Source: a virus (Duplodnaviria > Heunggongvirae > Uroviricota > Caudoviricetes). From it: 64,000 nt of DNA. Under the pieces are notes generated by a model, which saw only the letters and a program-made list of their open reading frames with translations, was not told where the DNA came from and made no database searches. The position numbers and the translations under genes are program-made. The DNA is taken from IMG/VR virus record IMGVR_UViG_3300025916_000008, positions 40,845 to 104,844 of that record; one strand, 5' to 3'. This document shows positions 9,242-18,003 of the stretch, in pieces (the first letter of the stretch is position 1; every line of letters begins with the position of its first letter).

Positions 9242-9317
9242 GGGCGCGCCTCCCTCCTATGAGGCCCGCGTGCGGCCGGGCGGTCCTAGCGCCGCGCCGC
9301 GTTCCTGGGCGACGCGG

Positions 9318-9731
9318 TTACCAGACGCTTGCGTCGCAGGTCACGGCCCCGGAGGCGAACTGAACCGTGTCACCGTTCGCGACCCCGGTGATATTGGCGG
9401 TCAGAGCGCCCTGGAACCAGCGGAGCGGGGTGCCTGCGGTGTCCCAGATCTCGACTGAGGTGATGGTCGTCCAGGAGCCGGTCGCCGTCCACGACGGGGT
9501 GTTAGACGAGGTGGACACGCCGGAGGAGTTCGCGCCAAAGGTGATCGCTACGCCGCCGGCGGTGTAGCCGGGGCAGTTACCTGAGGTGGCCTCGGTGCCG
9601 TTGGAGGTGTTGGACCCCTGGGCGGTCATCAGCCGCAGGTGCAGGGCGGTCGGGTAGGTCGGGGCGGACCCGCCGTGCAGGATCGCGTCCATGATGGACG
9701 CGGCGCGGGTCCGGTCGGTCATCGATGCCAT
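9318..9731 (-). CDS. small Thr/Ser/Gly-rich structural-module protein
   Basis: 137-aa ORF immediately upstream of the fibre gene on the same strand. Confidence 0.45.
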   Translation of the reverse strand: MASMTDRTRAASIMDAILHGGSAPTYPTALHLRLMTAQGSNTSNGTEATSGNCPGYTAGGVAITFGANSSGVSTSSNTPSWTATGSWTTITSVEIWDTAGTPLRWFQGALTANITGVANGDTVQFASGAVTCDASVW

Positions 9732-9732
9732 G

Positions 9733-9939
9733 TCAGGAAACCTCCGCGCTGAAGCCGGCCAGGATGATGGTCACGGGGCGGCAGGGGATTCCGGTTTCCC
9801 TGTTCGCCTGCCCGTGGTTGTGGGGCTGCGTGCAGCACTTGCAGCCCGCCGCGTCCAGCGCGTCGTGGATGTCCACGTCATCGGAGGTGACGGCGGCGAC
9901 CGCCGTGCACTCCTTGTTCACGCACTGCACCAGGTGCAT
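9733..9939 (-). CDS. small Cys-rich protein
   Basis: 68 aa (residue 283 onward of ORF 9733-10785); ATG at 9939 preceded by GAGGAGGA; C..C...CKCC..H.H. Confidence 0.4.
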   Translation of the reverse strand: MHLVQCVNKECTAVAAVTSDDVDIHDALDAAGCKCCTQPHNHGQANRETGIPCRPVTIILAGFSAEVS

Positions 9940-9950
9940 GCCGGTCCTCC

Positions 9951-12227
9951 TCACCCCCGCGCGGGGGCGTAGCTCTCGTAATCCACCAGGTCGCCGTCGT
10001 CCTCGGTCACGCCGAGGCGCGAGCGGATTCCGACGTGCGGCGGGTCCTGGTAGCCCCGGATCGACGGGCCGGAGAACCAGGTGCCCTGTCCCTTCTGGGC
10101 CTGCGCCTCGCTTTCTGCCTGGTGCGCCGCGAGGACGGGCAGGCCGTCGCTCCCGGAGGCGGCGATATCCCCCTCCAGGGCGGCCTCGTTGACGGCACGG
10201 GCCAGGGCTGCCATGCGGCGCACCCGGTCGGAGCGGCGCATCAGCGCCCCCTGCTTCGGCATGCCGCGCTTGCCGGCCTTCGGCATCGGGCCGCGCTGCT
10301 CGGAGGACTCCGGCGGTACCTGCGGCATGCCGCCCGCGTCCTCTCCGGCGATCTCGCCCTCGCTCGGGGCGTTGACCGGGCCGCCCGCCTGGGCCTCCAT
10401 CTCCTCGGCCATCTGCTGGTCCTCGGGGGTGGGCGCGAGGTCCGGCAGGGGCAGCGGCTGGACGCCCATCCGGTCGATCATCATCTGCTGGGCGGCCAGG
10501 GCCGGGGGAACGCCCTCCACCTGGGCGACGGGGGAGAAGTCGGCCATGAGGTCCGGCGGGACGGGCAGGCCCTGGTTGCGCAGCTCGACGAACGCCTGGC
10601 GGCGGGTGCGGGCCTGGGCGATGATGTCGGCGACCGCCTCGTCCTGGCTCTGCTCGCGCTCCTCGTCCAGGTCGACCCCGAGCCCCCGCGTGCGCGTGCG
10701 AGCGGAGATCGGGATGCCGGAGGCGCGCAGCGCCTCGGTGAACTGGCGGGTGATGTCCTCGTCCCGGAAGTTGAGGACCTGGCACTTGAGGTCGGGCACC
10801 AGGAGCTTGGGCTGCTCGGTGATCCGCTTCTCGCCGGTCTCCTCGTCGGTCTCCAGGACCTCCTCCATGATCACGAAGCGGCGGCCGGAGCGCTCCTCGT
10901 AGTCATAGTGTTCCTGCGCTTCAGCAACAATGAGCATCCGCTTGCGCATGTGCCTCATGAGCATCTGCTGGTAGGTGGTCATGAGCTGCTCGACGAGCTG
11001 CTTGTTGAGCGCGTCGGCGGCGTACGTCTGCCCCTCGCCCGCCCCGGTGAGGAACGTCCTGGACAGGCCGAACACCTGGAGAACCCGGTCCTCGATCCGC
11101 TCGAAGTCCATGCTCAGGTCAGGCATGTTCTCCCGGCCGAACACCGGCTCGATCTCCACCGCGAAGTTGTGGATCAGCGCCCGGAAGTCGCCCGCGAGGG
11201 CGGCGTCCAGCGCCATCTCGAAGTTCTCCAGGTCATCGTCGGTGGGAATCCACGGGACGCTGGTGCCGAGGTCGGTGGCGGACGCGCCGAGCTTGCACAG
11301 GATCAGCGGGGTGTAGAGCCGGTCGGCGATCGAGTCGAGCGCGGTGTTGAGCATCTCCTGCTGGAGCATGGAGCGCATCGCCCGGGTGAGCAGCGGCAGG
11401 CCCCGCAGGCTGAAGGTGTCGCCCTTGAACCGGAGCTGGCGCAGCAGGATGTTGCTGACCGGCATGAATGCGTTCTCGGCGGTGTAGGCGGCCAGCTCCG
11501 GGTACTCCTGGACCAGCCGGTTGTACTCCCAGGCCGGCTGGCGGGTGGTGAGGATCTGCCGGATCGTCCACGGCAGCCGGGTGAAGTACCGGGGCTCCTT
11601 CAGGAACGGGCTGCGCTCCACCTTGATGTCGTCGGCGTTGAGCAGCTCCTCGTCGTCCCAGATGCCCAGGTCCTCGTTGAACGTGGCGAACGGCCACGCC
11701 TCCCCGGTGATGTAGTACTCGCGGCCGATGTCGACGAGGAACTCGCCGTAGTCAAGGCCGTCGTCGCCGAAGAACAGGTCCTGGTAGAAGTCGGTGAGCC
11801 GCTGGTCCTTGCACTCCAGGTGCGCCCCGACGACAGGGAACTTGCTGAAGATGTCGACGCAGGAGCCGACGATCGGGTCGGTCTGGTAGAGCAGCCGGCA
11901 GAACGCCCGGACCTTCGCCAGCTCCTCGTTCTGGGAGAAGTCGTAGGGGAGGTTGTTCTGCCGCCAGTAGAACAGCGGGTCCCTGGGCCGTCCGGTGGCG
12001 AACTGGATGTCGGAGAAGCCAGACCCCCCGGCTCCCCCGGCCGTGTAGGCGGTGCGGCGGCCGACGGACGCCTGCCGGGCGTTGATCCGCCGGTTCTTGC
12101 GGGCCTCGGCGACCTCGGGGCTCATCTGCTCGGAGCTGAGCGCACCGACGCCCATCGTCCGGCCGAGCTGCCTGGCTACTGACGCCTGCCGGGCGGTGCC
12201 CGACCCCGGCCTGTACGCGACTCGCAT
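9951..12227 (-). CDS. large (758 aa) structural-module protein, function unassigned (portal or connector-like or tail component candidate)
   Basis: Long ORF with an AGGAGGT SD; globular N-terminal 550 aa then an acidic Pro/Gln/Ala-rich C-terminal tail; position next to the fibre genes. Confidence 0.5.
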   Translation of the reverse strand: MRVAYRPGSGTARQASVARQLGRTMGVGALSSEQMSPEVAEARKNRRINARQASVGRRTAYTAGGAGGSGFSDIQFATGRPRDPLFYWRQNNLPYDFSQNEELAKVRAFCRLLYQTDPIVGSCVDIFSKFPVVGAHLECKDQRLTDFYQDLFFGDDGLDYGEFLVDIGREYYITGEAWPFATFNEDLGIWDDEELLNADDIKVERSPFLKEPRYFTRLPWTIRQILTTRQPAWEYNRLVQEYPELAAYTAENAFMPVSNILLRQLRFKGDTFSLRGLPLLTRAMRSMLQQEMLNTALDSIADRLYTPLILCKLGASATDLGTSVPWIPTDDDLENFEMALDAALAGDFRALIHNFAVEIEPVFGRENMPDLSMDFERIEDRVLQVFGLSRTFLTGAGEGQTYAADALNKQLVEQLMTTYQQMLMRHMRKRMLIVAEAQEHYDYEERSGRRFVIMEEVLETDEETGEKRITEQPKLLVPDLKCQVLNFRDEDITRQFTEALRASGIPISARTRTRGLGVDLDEEREQSQDEAVADIIAQARTRRQAFVELRNQGLPVPPDLMADFSPVAQVEGVPPALAAQQMMIDRMGVQPLPLPDLAPTPEDQQMAEEMEAQAGGPVNAPSEGEIAGEDAGGMPQVPPESSEQRGPMPKAGKRGMPKQGALMRRSDRVRRMAALARAVNEAALEGDIAASGSDGLPVLAAHQAESEAQAQKGQGTWFSGPSIRGYQDPPHVGIRSRLGVTEDDGDLVDYESYAPARG

Positions 12228-12279
12228 CTGACCTCCTACCCCTTCCGGGGAGGAGGTCAGGAGGTCAGGTCAACTGCCT

Positions 12280-12741
12280 CTACTCGTAGTGGCTGAAGCG
12301 GGCGTCGTACGGGTTGTCCGCGATCCACCGCTTCGCCGTCCCTGCGGTGCCCTCCGGGTCGCCCGCCGCAGCCGCGCGCTGCCACTGCTCGCCCATCGCC
12401 CGCACCACGTGCGGGTGCCGCAGCTCCCTGAAGGCGTTAGCGGCGACGCTGTGGTCATGGGGGCCGAGGTCGGACCAGACAGCCCCGCCCGTCGGGTCAC
12501 CGGGGTGGAGGGCCATCATGTGCCACCTGTTGCTCTCGGCGTCCAGGTGGAAGCCGATCTTGTGCCCGGTTTCCAGGCGCAGGTTGTCATCGGGCCAGTA
12601 CTCCCTGCCCGGGTGCAGGCCGTGCGCCTGGAGCTGCTCCTCCACCCGGTTGGTGCGCTCCTGCAACTCGCCGAACGGGATAGCCCACGTCCCCCGGTGC
12701 CCCCGGTAGTGGTACGGGTAAGCGTTCTCGCCGTAAATCAT
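12280..12741 (-). CDS. member 1 of tandem paralog family (RLETGHK ... LRHPHVVRAMGEQWQRA)
   Basis: ATG at 12741 (residue 50 of ORF 12280-12888) with a GGAGGA SD. Shares N- and C-terminal motifs with genes 12915-13367, 13367-13777 and 13777-14427. Confidence 0.5.
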   Translation of the reverse strand: MIYGENAYPYHYRGHRGTWAIPFGELQERTNRVEEQLQAHGLHPGREYWPDDNLRLETGHKIGFHLDAESNRWHMMALHPGDPTGGAVWSDLGPHDHSVAANAFRELRHPHVVRAMGEQWQRAAAAGDPEGTAGTAKRWIADNPYDARFSHYE

Positions 12742-12914
12742 CAGGGTCCTCCGCGTCGAGGATCGCCTGCGCCAGCTCGCGCCACCCGGCCCAGGTGCGA
12801 GCGGGGTGGAGGATGATCCACTGGCCGTCGCAGTGGCTGGTGAACTCGGGGATGCCGTCAGCGCCGAGGAGGCGGCGGCCGGAATCACCGGATGGCTGGA
12901 GGCTGCTCACGCTG

Positions 12915-13367
12915 TCATCCTTCCGGTTCCTGCTCGGGGTAGTGGGCGAAGACGTGGGAGGTGACCTGCGGGTAGGGCCGCCTCTGGTCACTGATCCCGT
13001 GCGGGGTGCCGTTGGCGTAGGCGCGCTGCATCTGCTCGCCCATCGCCCGCACCACATCCCGGTGGTGCAGCTCCTGAATCGCCCGGTGCTGGACCAGGTG
13101 ATCGGTCATGCCCAGGTCCGACTCGATCATCGTGTTGTCCGGGTCACCGTGGTGGTGGACCTCCATCCTCCAGCGGCCCGTTTGCGGGCTCAACTGGAAG
13201 TGGGCGAAGTGCCCGGTCTCCATCGGCATGACGAAGGGCCAGTCCTTGTCGGTCATCCCGGAGTCCTGCATGCCGCCGAGCACTGTCCCGTTGCGCCGCT
13301 TCAGCTCCCCGTGGGAGAGGTTCTCGCCTGGGCGCACGTAGTCGTCGGGGGGTTCCTGCCAGGGCAT
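12915..13367 (-). CDS. member 2 of tandem paralog family
   Basis: ATG at 13367 overlaps the upstream stop (TGATG); motifs ETGHF...LHHRDVVRAMGEQMQRA. Confidence 0.5.
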   Translation of the reverse strand: MPWQEPPDDYVRPGENLSHGELKRRNGTVLGGMQDSGMTDKDWPFVMPMETGHFAHFQLSPQTGRWRMEVHHHGDPDNTMIESDLGMTDHLVQHRAIQELHHRDVVRAMGEQMQRAYANGTPHGISDQRRPYPQVTSHVFAHYPEQEPEG

Positions 13368-13777
13368 CAGACCTCGAACTTCCTGTACCAGCGGGGCTCC
13401 GGCTGGCCACGGTGCTGCATCATCTCGCGCATCGAGGCCATGACCCCCGGGTGGCGCAGCATGGCGTGGACGGACTCGCCGAGCCGGGAGTGGTCGCCGC
13501 CGAGGTCGCCGTGCTCGACCTGGAGGATGCGCGAGAGGGCGGGCCGGTCGTCCTCGTGGGTGACGTACGACGTCCACTGGCCGTCCTCGCCGCCGAGCAG
13601 CGTCTCGACGTGGTGGCCGGTGTCGTAGGTGGCCCCGGGCTGCTCGTTCTCGGGGTGGCTGCGGGGGAGCAGGCCGTGCGCCTTCATTGAGCGCACGCCC
13701 TCGGCGATGCCCTGCACGTGCTCGTCCTCGCCCATCCACCGGCCGGCAGCGCGCCGTACCGCCTCGAAGGCTCCCAT
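13367..13777 (-). CDS. member 3 of tandem paralog family
   Basis: 136 aa; LRHPGVMASMREMMQHRG C-terminal motif; start overlaps the upstream stop. Confidence 0.5.
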   Translation of the reverse strand: MGAFEAVRRAAGRWMGEDEHVQGIAEGVRSMKAHGLLPRSHPENEQPGATYDTGHHVETLLGGEDGQWTSYVTHEDDRPALSRILQVEHGDLGGDHSRLGESVHAMLRHPGVMASMREMMQHRGQPEPRWYRKFEV

Positions 13778-14427
13778 CAGCGCCCCCGCGTCATGTCGAG
13801 GAGCAGCCGGTTCCCCGTCTGGGCCGGGCCGCGCCCCTGCGCCCGGTCCATCTGGTCGCGCATGTGGCCCAGGACGTCCGGCCGCCTGAACATGCCGTGC
13901 AGCAGCGGGCCGACGTGCTCAGGAACCTCGCCGAGGTGCGCCTCCACGACGTGGCCCTGGTCCCCTTGCGGGTGCCAAACCTGGACGTGGAAGCCAGGCC
14001 GGGGGTCCGCGCCGAACAGCCCCTCGTTCTCCTCGCGGCCTCGTGGCCCCACGTGGTACAGCCACATCTTGTGCCCGGTGTCGAGTCGCATCTGGGAGTC
14101 GGGGAAGCCGTGCTCGGCGAGCGAGTCCTTCATCCGGTCCCAGTCCCCACCGTCGCCGAAGACGTCCCTCGGGTCGTCTATGTTCCTCACTGCGGTGAAC
14201 CTGGGGCTGCGGGAAGCGTCTGGCGAACCGCGCCATTCTGGCTCATGGTCACGGTGGTCCTCCTCGTGCATGTGCATCAGCACGTGCAGCGGGAGCATCC
14301 CCGCCACCCCGAGCTGGTGGGTGCCGTCCATGTGGGCGCGCAGCTCCGCCAGGTCCCGCAGGGGCTCGTGCCCCTCGGGGACCGCCGTGCGGATGAACGC
14401 CTCCGCCAGGCGAAGGCTAGTAGTCAT
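13777..14427 (-). CDS. member 4 of tandem paralog family
   Basis: 216 aa; RLDTGHKMWLYH and GMFRRPDVLGHMRDQMDRAQ motifs. Confidence 0.5.
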   Translation of the reverse strand: MTTSLRLAEAFIRTAVPEGHEPLRDLAELRAHMDGTHQLGVAGMLPLHVLMHMHEEDHRDHEPEWRGSPDASRSPRFTAVRNIDDPRDVFGDGGDWDRMKDSLAEHGFPDSQMRLDTGHKMWLYHVGPRGREENEGLFGADPRPGFHVQVWHPQGDQGHVVEAHLGEVPEHVGPLLHGMFRRPDVLGHMRDQMDRAQGRGPAQTGNRLLLDMTRGR

Positions 14428-15592
14428 CGCCGATCCCGTGCTGGCGCAGCCAGTCCTGGTCGCCGAGGTGGATGTCCTCGCCGTACTCGCCCTCCAGGTC
14501 GGGGTGCACGTGCTCCAGGCGGGCGTCGGCGTGCTCGTTGCGGTGCGTGTCGTCGATCACCCAGTCCGGGTCGTCAGGCGTATCGACGAACCCGTGCCGG
14601 TCCCTCATGTGCCGCCGCAGCTCGCCCTCGCTCATTTCATCGTGGCTGGGATCTACGCGCACGGCGGCCCTACCGAAAGGGCGGCGGCCCCTGGAAGCCT
14701 GGCGGGACGGGGTGCCCTGAAGGCGCTGCGGGGCAGCGTTCCACCACTCGCCGGGAGCATCCTGGGGCATGCCCGGCTGGCCGCCCGCGTGGCCCGGGGT
14801 GGTGGAGTCGATGAACGACCTGGCGAGGCCGGTGCCGAGCTGGCGCTCCGCCTCGGCGTGCGGGTCGCTGCCCTGGCCGAGGTGCATGTAGTGGACCTGC
14901 TGGTAGGCAGGGTGGCGGATGACGCCGTACCAGTCGCCGCCCATGCGCCCGACCGACACCTGGTGCCCGGTGGGCAGGGTGCGGTAAACGGCCTCCCCGG
15001 TCGCCGCAGCGCGCCGGGTGCCCCCCTCGGCGCGCAGCCGGGCCATGACCCGGGGGTCAGCGCCGGACAGCCGGACGGCCAGGTGGCGGACAAGCTGCGC
15101 TTCGGTGAGAGACTGCCCCTCAAGGCCACGGAAACGAGCAGATTCCTTCTTGTTCTTCCCCTTACCGGACTTCTCGTCCTTCTTCGGGGGAAACGGCGTA
15201 TCGTCGTCACCGCCATCATCGCCAGGCGGAAGTTCCTCACCGTCCGGCGGGATACCCTCAGGCCCGCCTTCCGCTGCGGCATCACCGGGAGGCGGGCCTT
15301 CCCCGTCTGCGGGCATGCCGTCAGGCCCGACCATGGCGGGGTCGAGCAGCCCGCCGTCCGGGCCGGTGTCGGAGGGGGCTCCGGGACCCATCGGCATCTG
15401 GGGCATCCCGGGGAACGCCGGCTGGACGCGGACGATGTAGTTCTGCCCGCAGAAGTCGCAGCCGATCGTGCCGTCGGAGCGGCCGACCACCTGGCCAGAG
15501 CCGCAGAACGGGCAGTGGCTGGTGACCAGCGGGTCGCCGGGGTCATGGGCTGTCCTGCGGCCGACGCCGCGCGGCCGGGTGCTCGTGTTCAT
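14417..15592 (-). CDS. Zn-ribbon protein with Pro/Gly/Asp low-complexity linker and paralog-family-like C-terminal region
   Basis: 391 aa; N-terminal CPFCGSG...CDFCGQ; C-terminal ELRRHMRDRHGF resembles the family motif. Confidence 0.5.
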   Translation of the reverse strand: MNTSTRPRGVGRRTAHDPGDPLVTSHCPFCGSGQVVGRSDGTIGCDFCGQNYIVRVQPAFPGMPQMPMGPGAPSDTGPDGGLLDPAMVGPDGMPADGEGPPPGDAAAEGGPEGIPPDGEELPPGDDGGDDDTPFPPKKDEKSGKGKNKKESARFRGLEGQSLTEAQLVRHLAVRLSGADPRVMARLRAEGGTRRAAATGEAVYRTLPTGHQVSVGRMGGDWYGVIRHPAYQQVHYMHLGQGSDPHAEAERQLGTGLARSFIDSTTPGHAGGQPGMPQDAPGEWWNAAPQRLQGTPSRQASRGRRPFGRAAVRVDPSHDEMSEGELRRHMRDRHGFVDTPDDPDWVIDDTHRNEHADARLEHVHPDLEGEYGEDIHLGDQDWLRQHGIGDDY

Positions 15593-15616
15593 GGGGCCTC
15601 CTGCCCCTTCCGAGCG

Positions 15617-15832
15617 TCACAGCGCGACCTCCCCGCCGGCCATGTCCGAAAGGCGGAGCCCCTTGGCGTTGCGGTACCCCTCGGCCCACGTCATCGCCTC
15701 CTGGCCGAGGTGGTCAGCGAGCGCCTTCCTCGCCCCGGCGAACGTGCCGAAGACGCGCTCGCCGTCTACCGGGTCCTCGGTTTCCGCGATCCCGCCCGTG
15801 GCATTCGACCCGGACCACCACCTGTAGTTCAT
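15617..15832 (-). CDS. hypothetical protein (first gene of leftward block)
   Basis: 71-aa ORF just left of the divergent control region. Confidence 0.4.
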   Translation of the reverse strand: MNYRWWSGSNATGGIAETEDPVDGERVFGTFAGARKALADHLGQEAMTWAEGYRNAKGLRLSDMAGGEVAL

Positions 15833-15861
15833 GCCCCGATTCTATGCTGCTCTCTTGGAAA

Positions 15862-15880
15862 TATACAGCTTTTCTTGATA
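15862..15880 (+). promoter_or_regulatory. 19-bp motif copy (tatacagcttttcttgata) in divergent control region
   Basis: 18 of 19 match; between leftward gene 15617-15832 and rightward gene 15891. Confidence 0.7.
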
Positions 15881-15890
15881 AGCTGCGGGA

Positions 15891-16274
15891 ATGAGCGTGA
15901 AGAGCAGGAACGGCTCATGGAAGGGGCCTACGAGCATGAGTGAGACTAGCCAGGAGCCGGGCGGGTTCAGCGTCGCGGTGGTCACCGGCTTCAGCCCGGT
16001 CGAGATCTCGATCCAGCACCTCGTCCTGGACATCGACCCGGACGACTTCTTCACCACCGACAACATGCCGCGCGGACGGGACTACGGGTTCGACGCGGTA
16101 GACGTCGGCTACGCCATCGAGGACGCCGGGTACGAGCCGACCTCCGACCTCCAGTGGACAGGCACCCACTGGGCCTACGTCGTGCAGCCGAAGACAGACC
16201 CGGCCGGTGACCCGCGCTACCACCCCGGGAAGCTCCCGCCGCTCAGGGCGTGGGAGCAGGGCGGCTACGAGTGA
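15891..16274 (+). CDS. hypothetical acidic protein (first gene of rightward block)
   Basis: 127-aa ORF; an alternative ATG at 15936 would give the usual ~55-nt spacing from the motif copy. Confidence 0.45.
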   Translation: MSVKSRNGSWKGPTSMSETSQEPGGFSVAVVTGFSPVEISIQHLVLDIDPDDFFTTDNMPRGRDYGFDAVDVGYAIEDAGYEPTSDLQWTGTHWAYVVQPKTDPAGDPRYHPGKLPPLRAWEQGGYE

Positions 16275-16558
16275 CTAGCCGGCAGCCGGAGCGCACGCTC
16301 GTCTTCAGGTACGACGGTGACGGGCGCTGCTGGTTCTCCGCCCCTCAGGCGGACGTGACGGGCATGCGGTACCCGGCCCGCTGCACCCGGTGCGGGCACG
16401 TCTACGACCTGGCCGCGCTGCGGAACGTCCTGCGGTACGCCGAGTGCGACGTCTGGAGCTGCCCAGGCTGCCGGGTCACCGTCAGCGACCGCACCGGGTC
16501 GCCCGATCATCACTACACCGAACTCGGTGCCGACGGTTACGAGAAGAGGCCATCATGA
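16271..16558 (+). CDS. Zn-ribbon protein
   Basis: GTG at 16271 overlapping the upstream stop (GTGA); CTRCGH...CPGCRV. Confidence 0.45.
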   Translation: MTSRQPERTLVFRYDGDGRCWFSAPQADVTGMRYPARCTRCGHVYDLAALRNVLRYAECDVWSCPGCRVTVSDRTGSPDHHYTELGADGYEKRPS

Positions 16559-17181
16559 AGCCCAGGACCGTGCAGGAGAGGCTGGACGCGGCGGGCGGCC
16601 TGCCGGCGCTCGAAGAGGCCGTCGGCATCCCGGCGGCGCAGTGGGGCGGCAACTGCCACGGGATCTCCCTGGCGGTGCTGAAGAGCGGTCTGCTCGGCTC
16701 GGGGCGGGTAGCGCGCGGCACAGCGCGCGGGGTGACCAGCCAGCACTCGTGGATCATCCTCGGGGACGAGCCGCTGCCCAGCGTTTACAGCGAGGAGTCG
16801 GTGATCGCCGACCCGACGATCTTCAGCTACGAGCGACGGGACCCGTACGTCCTGGTCAAGCAGAACCTGATGCACACCCACTGGCCGCACGGGGCCGGGG
16901 ACATCTGGACGCAGGGCGGCCCGCCTCCCGAGCCGACGGGGAAGCTGATCGAGCTGGAAGGCTACGAGGGCCTGTCCGAGCTGGCCAGGTCCTTCCTGGA
17001 GCTGTGCGGCTACCCGCTGGACTACCGGGGCTGGGCGCACCTCGTGCACGGCCCGGCCGAGGGGTGGCCCTGCGGGGAGATCGTCACCGCCATGTGCGCC
17101 ACGAAGGAGCTGGCCGTCGTCACGCCGATCGACGTCATCGGCATGACCACCGAACTCAACCCGAAGGGGCTGTACTGGTGA
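16555..17181 (+). CDS. hypothetical protein, possible papain-like cysteine peptidase (QWGGNCHG ... H)
   Basis: ATG at 16555 (residue 56 of ORF 16390-17181) after a GAGAAGAGG; Gln 5 residues before Cys as in papain-like folds. Weak. Confidence 0.45.
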   Translation: MKPRTVQERLDAAGGLPALEEAVGIPAAQWGGNCHGISLAVLKSGLLGSGRVARGTARGVTSQHSWIILGDEPLPSVYSEESVIADPTIFSYERRDPYVLVKQNLMHTHWPHGAGDIWTQGGPPPEPTGKLIELEGYEGLSELARSFLELCGYPLDYRGWAHLVHGPAEGWPCGEIVTAMCATKELAVVTPIDVIGMTTELNPKGLYW

Positions 17182-17321
17182 CCCGGTGGGACTCGGCGGT
17201 CAGCGCCGAGGCGTGGAACGACCTGGTGAAGCGCTACCGGGAAGCCGGGGGAGCGAACGCCAGCGACTTCGACCTGGCGGAGATAGTGCGGCAGAAGGTG
17301 GAGGAGGTGGAAGGCGAGTGA
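17178..17321 (+). CDS. small hypothetical protein
   Basis: 47 aa; GTGA-coupled start. Confidence 0.35.
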   Translation: MTRWDSAVSAEAWNDLVKRYREAGGANASDFDLAEIVRQKVEEVEGE

Positions 17322-17704
17322 GCGGGACCGAGGACGAGCTGAAGGGCCTCGTCGAGGAGGCCATGCACCTGTGCGTCAACGGGGAGCGCGCCCCCGGGGG
17401 GAACGAGACCTGGGCGGCATGGCACCTGAAGGCCGAGCGGCTCCTGCGCAGCCTCCAGCCGCTGGCGCGCGAGGAGCAGCGGCTGCTGACTGTCGACGAG
17501 CGCCTGATGGCCCGGCACTACCTCCAGGAGCTGAAGGAAGGCGTGCCCGGGGTACGCGACGCCATGGAGCCGTACACCGGGGTCGTGAGGATCACCGACG
17601 AGGCCTGGTACGGCCAGTGGGCGGCCCTGACCAGGAACCTCGACTACTTCACTGAGGAGGTCGTCCGGAAGAGGCGGCCCGCAACCCCCTACGGGAGGAT
17701 CTGA
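17318..17704 (+). CDS. hypothetical protein
   Basis: GTG at 17318 (residue 45 of ORF 17186-17704); GTGA coupling. Confidence 0.45.
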   Translation: MSGTEDELKGLVEEAMHLCVNGERAPGGNETWAAWHLKAERLLRSLQPLAREEQRLLTVDERLMARHYLQELKEGVPGVRDAMEPYTGVVRITDEAWYGQWAALTRNLDYFTEEVVRKRRPATPYGRI

Positions 17705-18003
17705 TGCCCAAGGTAATTCCCCCGTGCCCGGCGGCCGAGGACGCCCTGTGCCAGGCGATGGTCCGGGCGGTGGAGACGCTGGGCGAGCCCGGGGTACTCA
17801 CCGGGGCCTCGTTCGGCCGGTTCACCGACCCGGCCGAGGGCTGGCACTGGGAGCTGGAGGTCAGCCGCCGGATCACCTCCGACCACCCGCACCTGAGGCG
17901 CGACAGCGACAACCTGGACCGCCGCACCAGGATGATCATCACGGCGTGGCAGCGTGACGTGGCCCGGTACCGGCAGGACTTCACGCCGGCCGAGGCAGGG
18001 TAA
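17704..18003 (+). CDS. hypothetical protein
   Basis: 99-aa ORF; TGATG coupling. Confidence 0.45.
   Translation: MPKVIPPCPAAEDALCQAMVRAVETLGEPGVLTGASFGRFTDPAEGWHWELEVSRRITSDHPHLRRDSDNLDRRTRMIITAWQRDVARYRQDFTPAEAG

Noticed and set aside
9951-12227. Calling the 758-aa protein a portal
   Set aside because: Size and position suggested it, but I could not recognise portal signature motifs, and the gene is followed by small tail-like genes and the fibre rather than by scaffold or capsid genes. It is left as a structural-module protein of unknown role.
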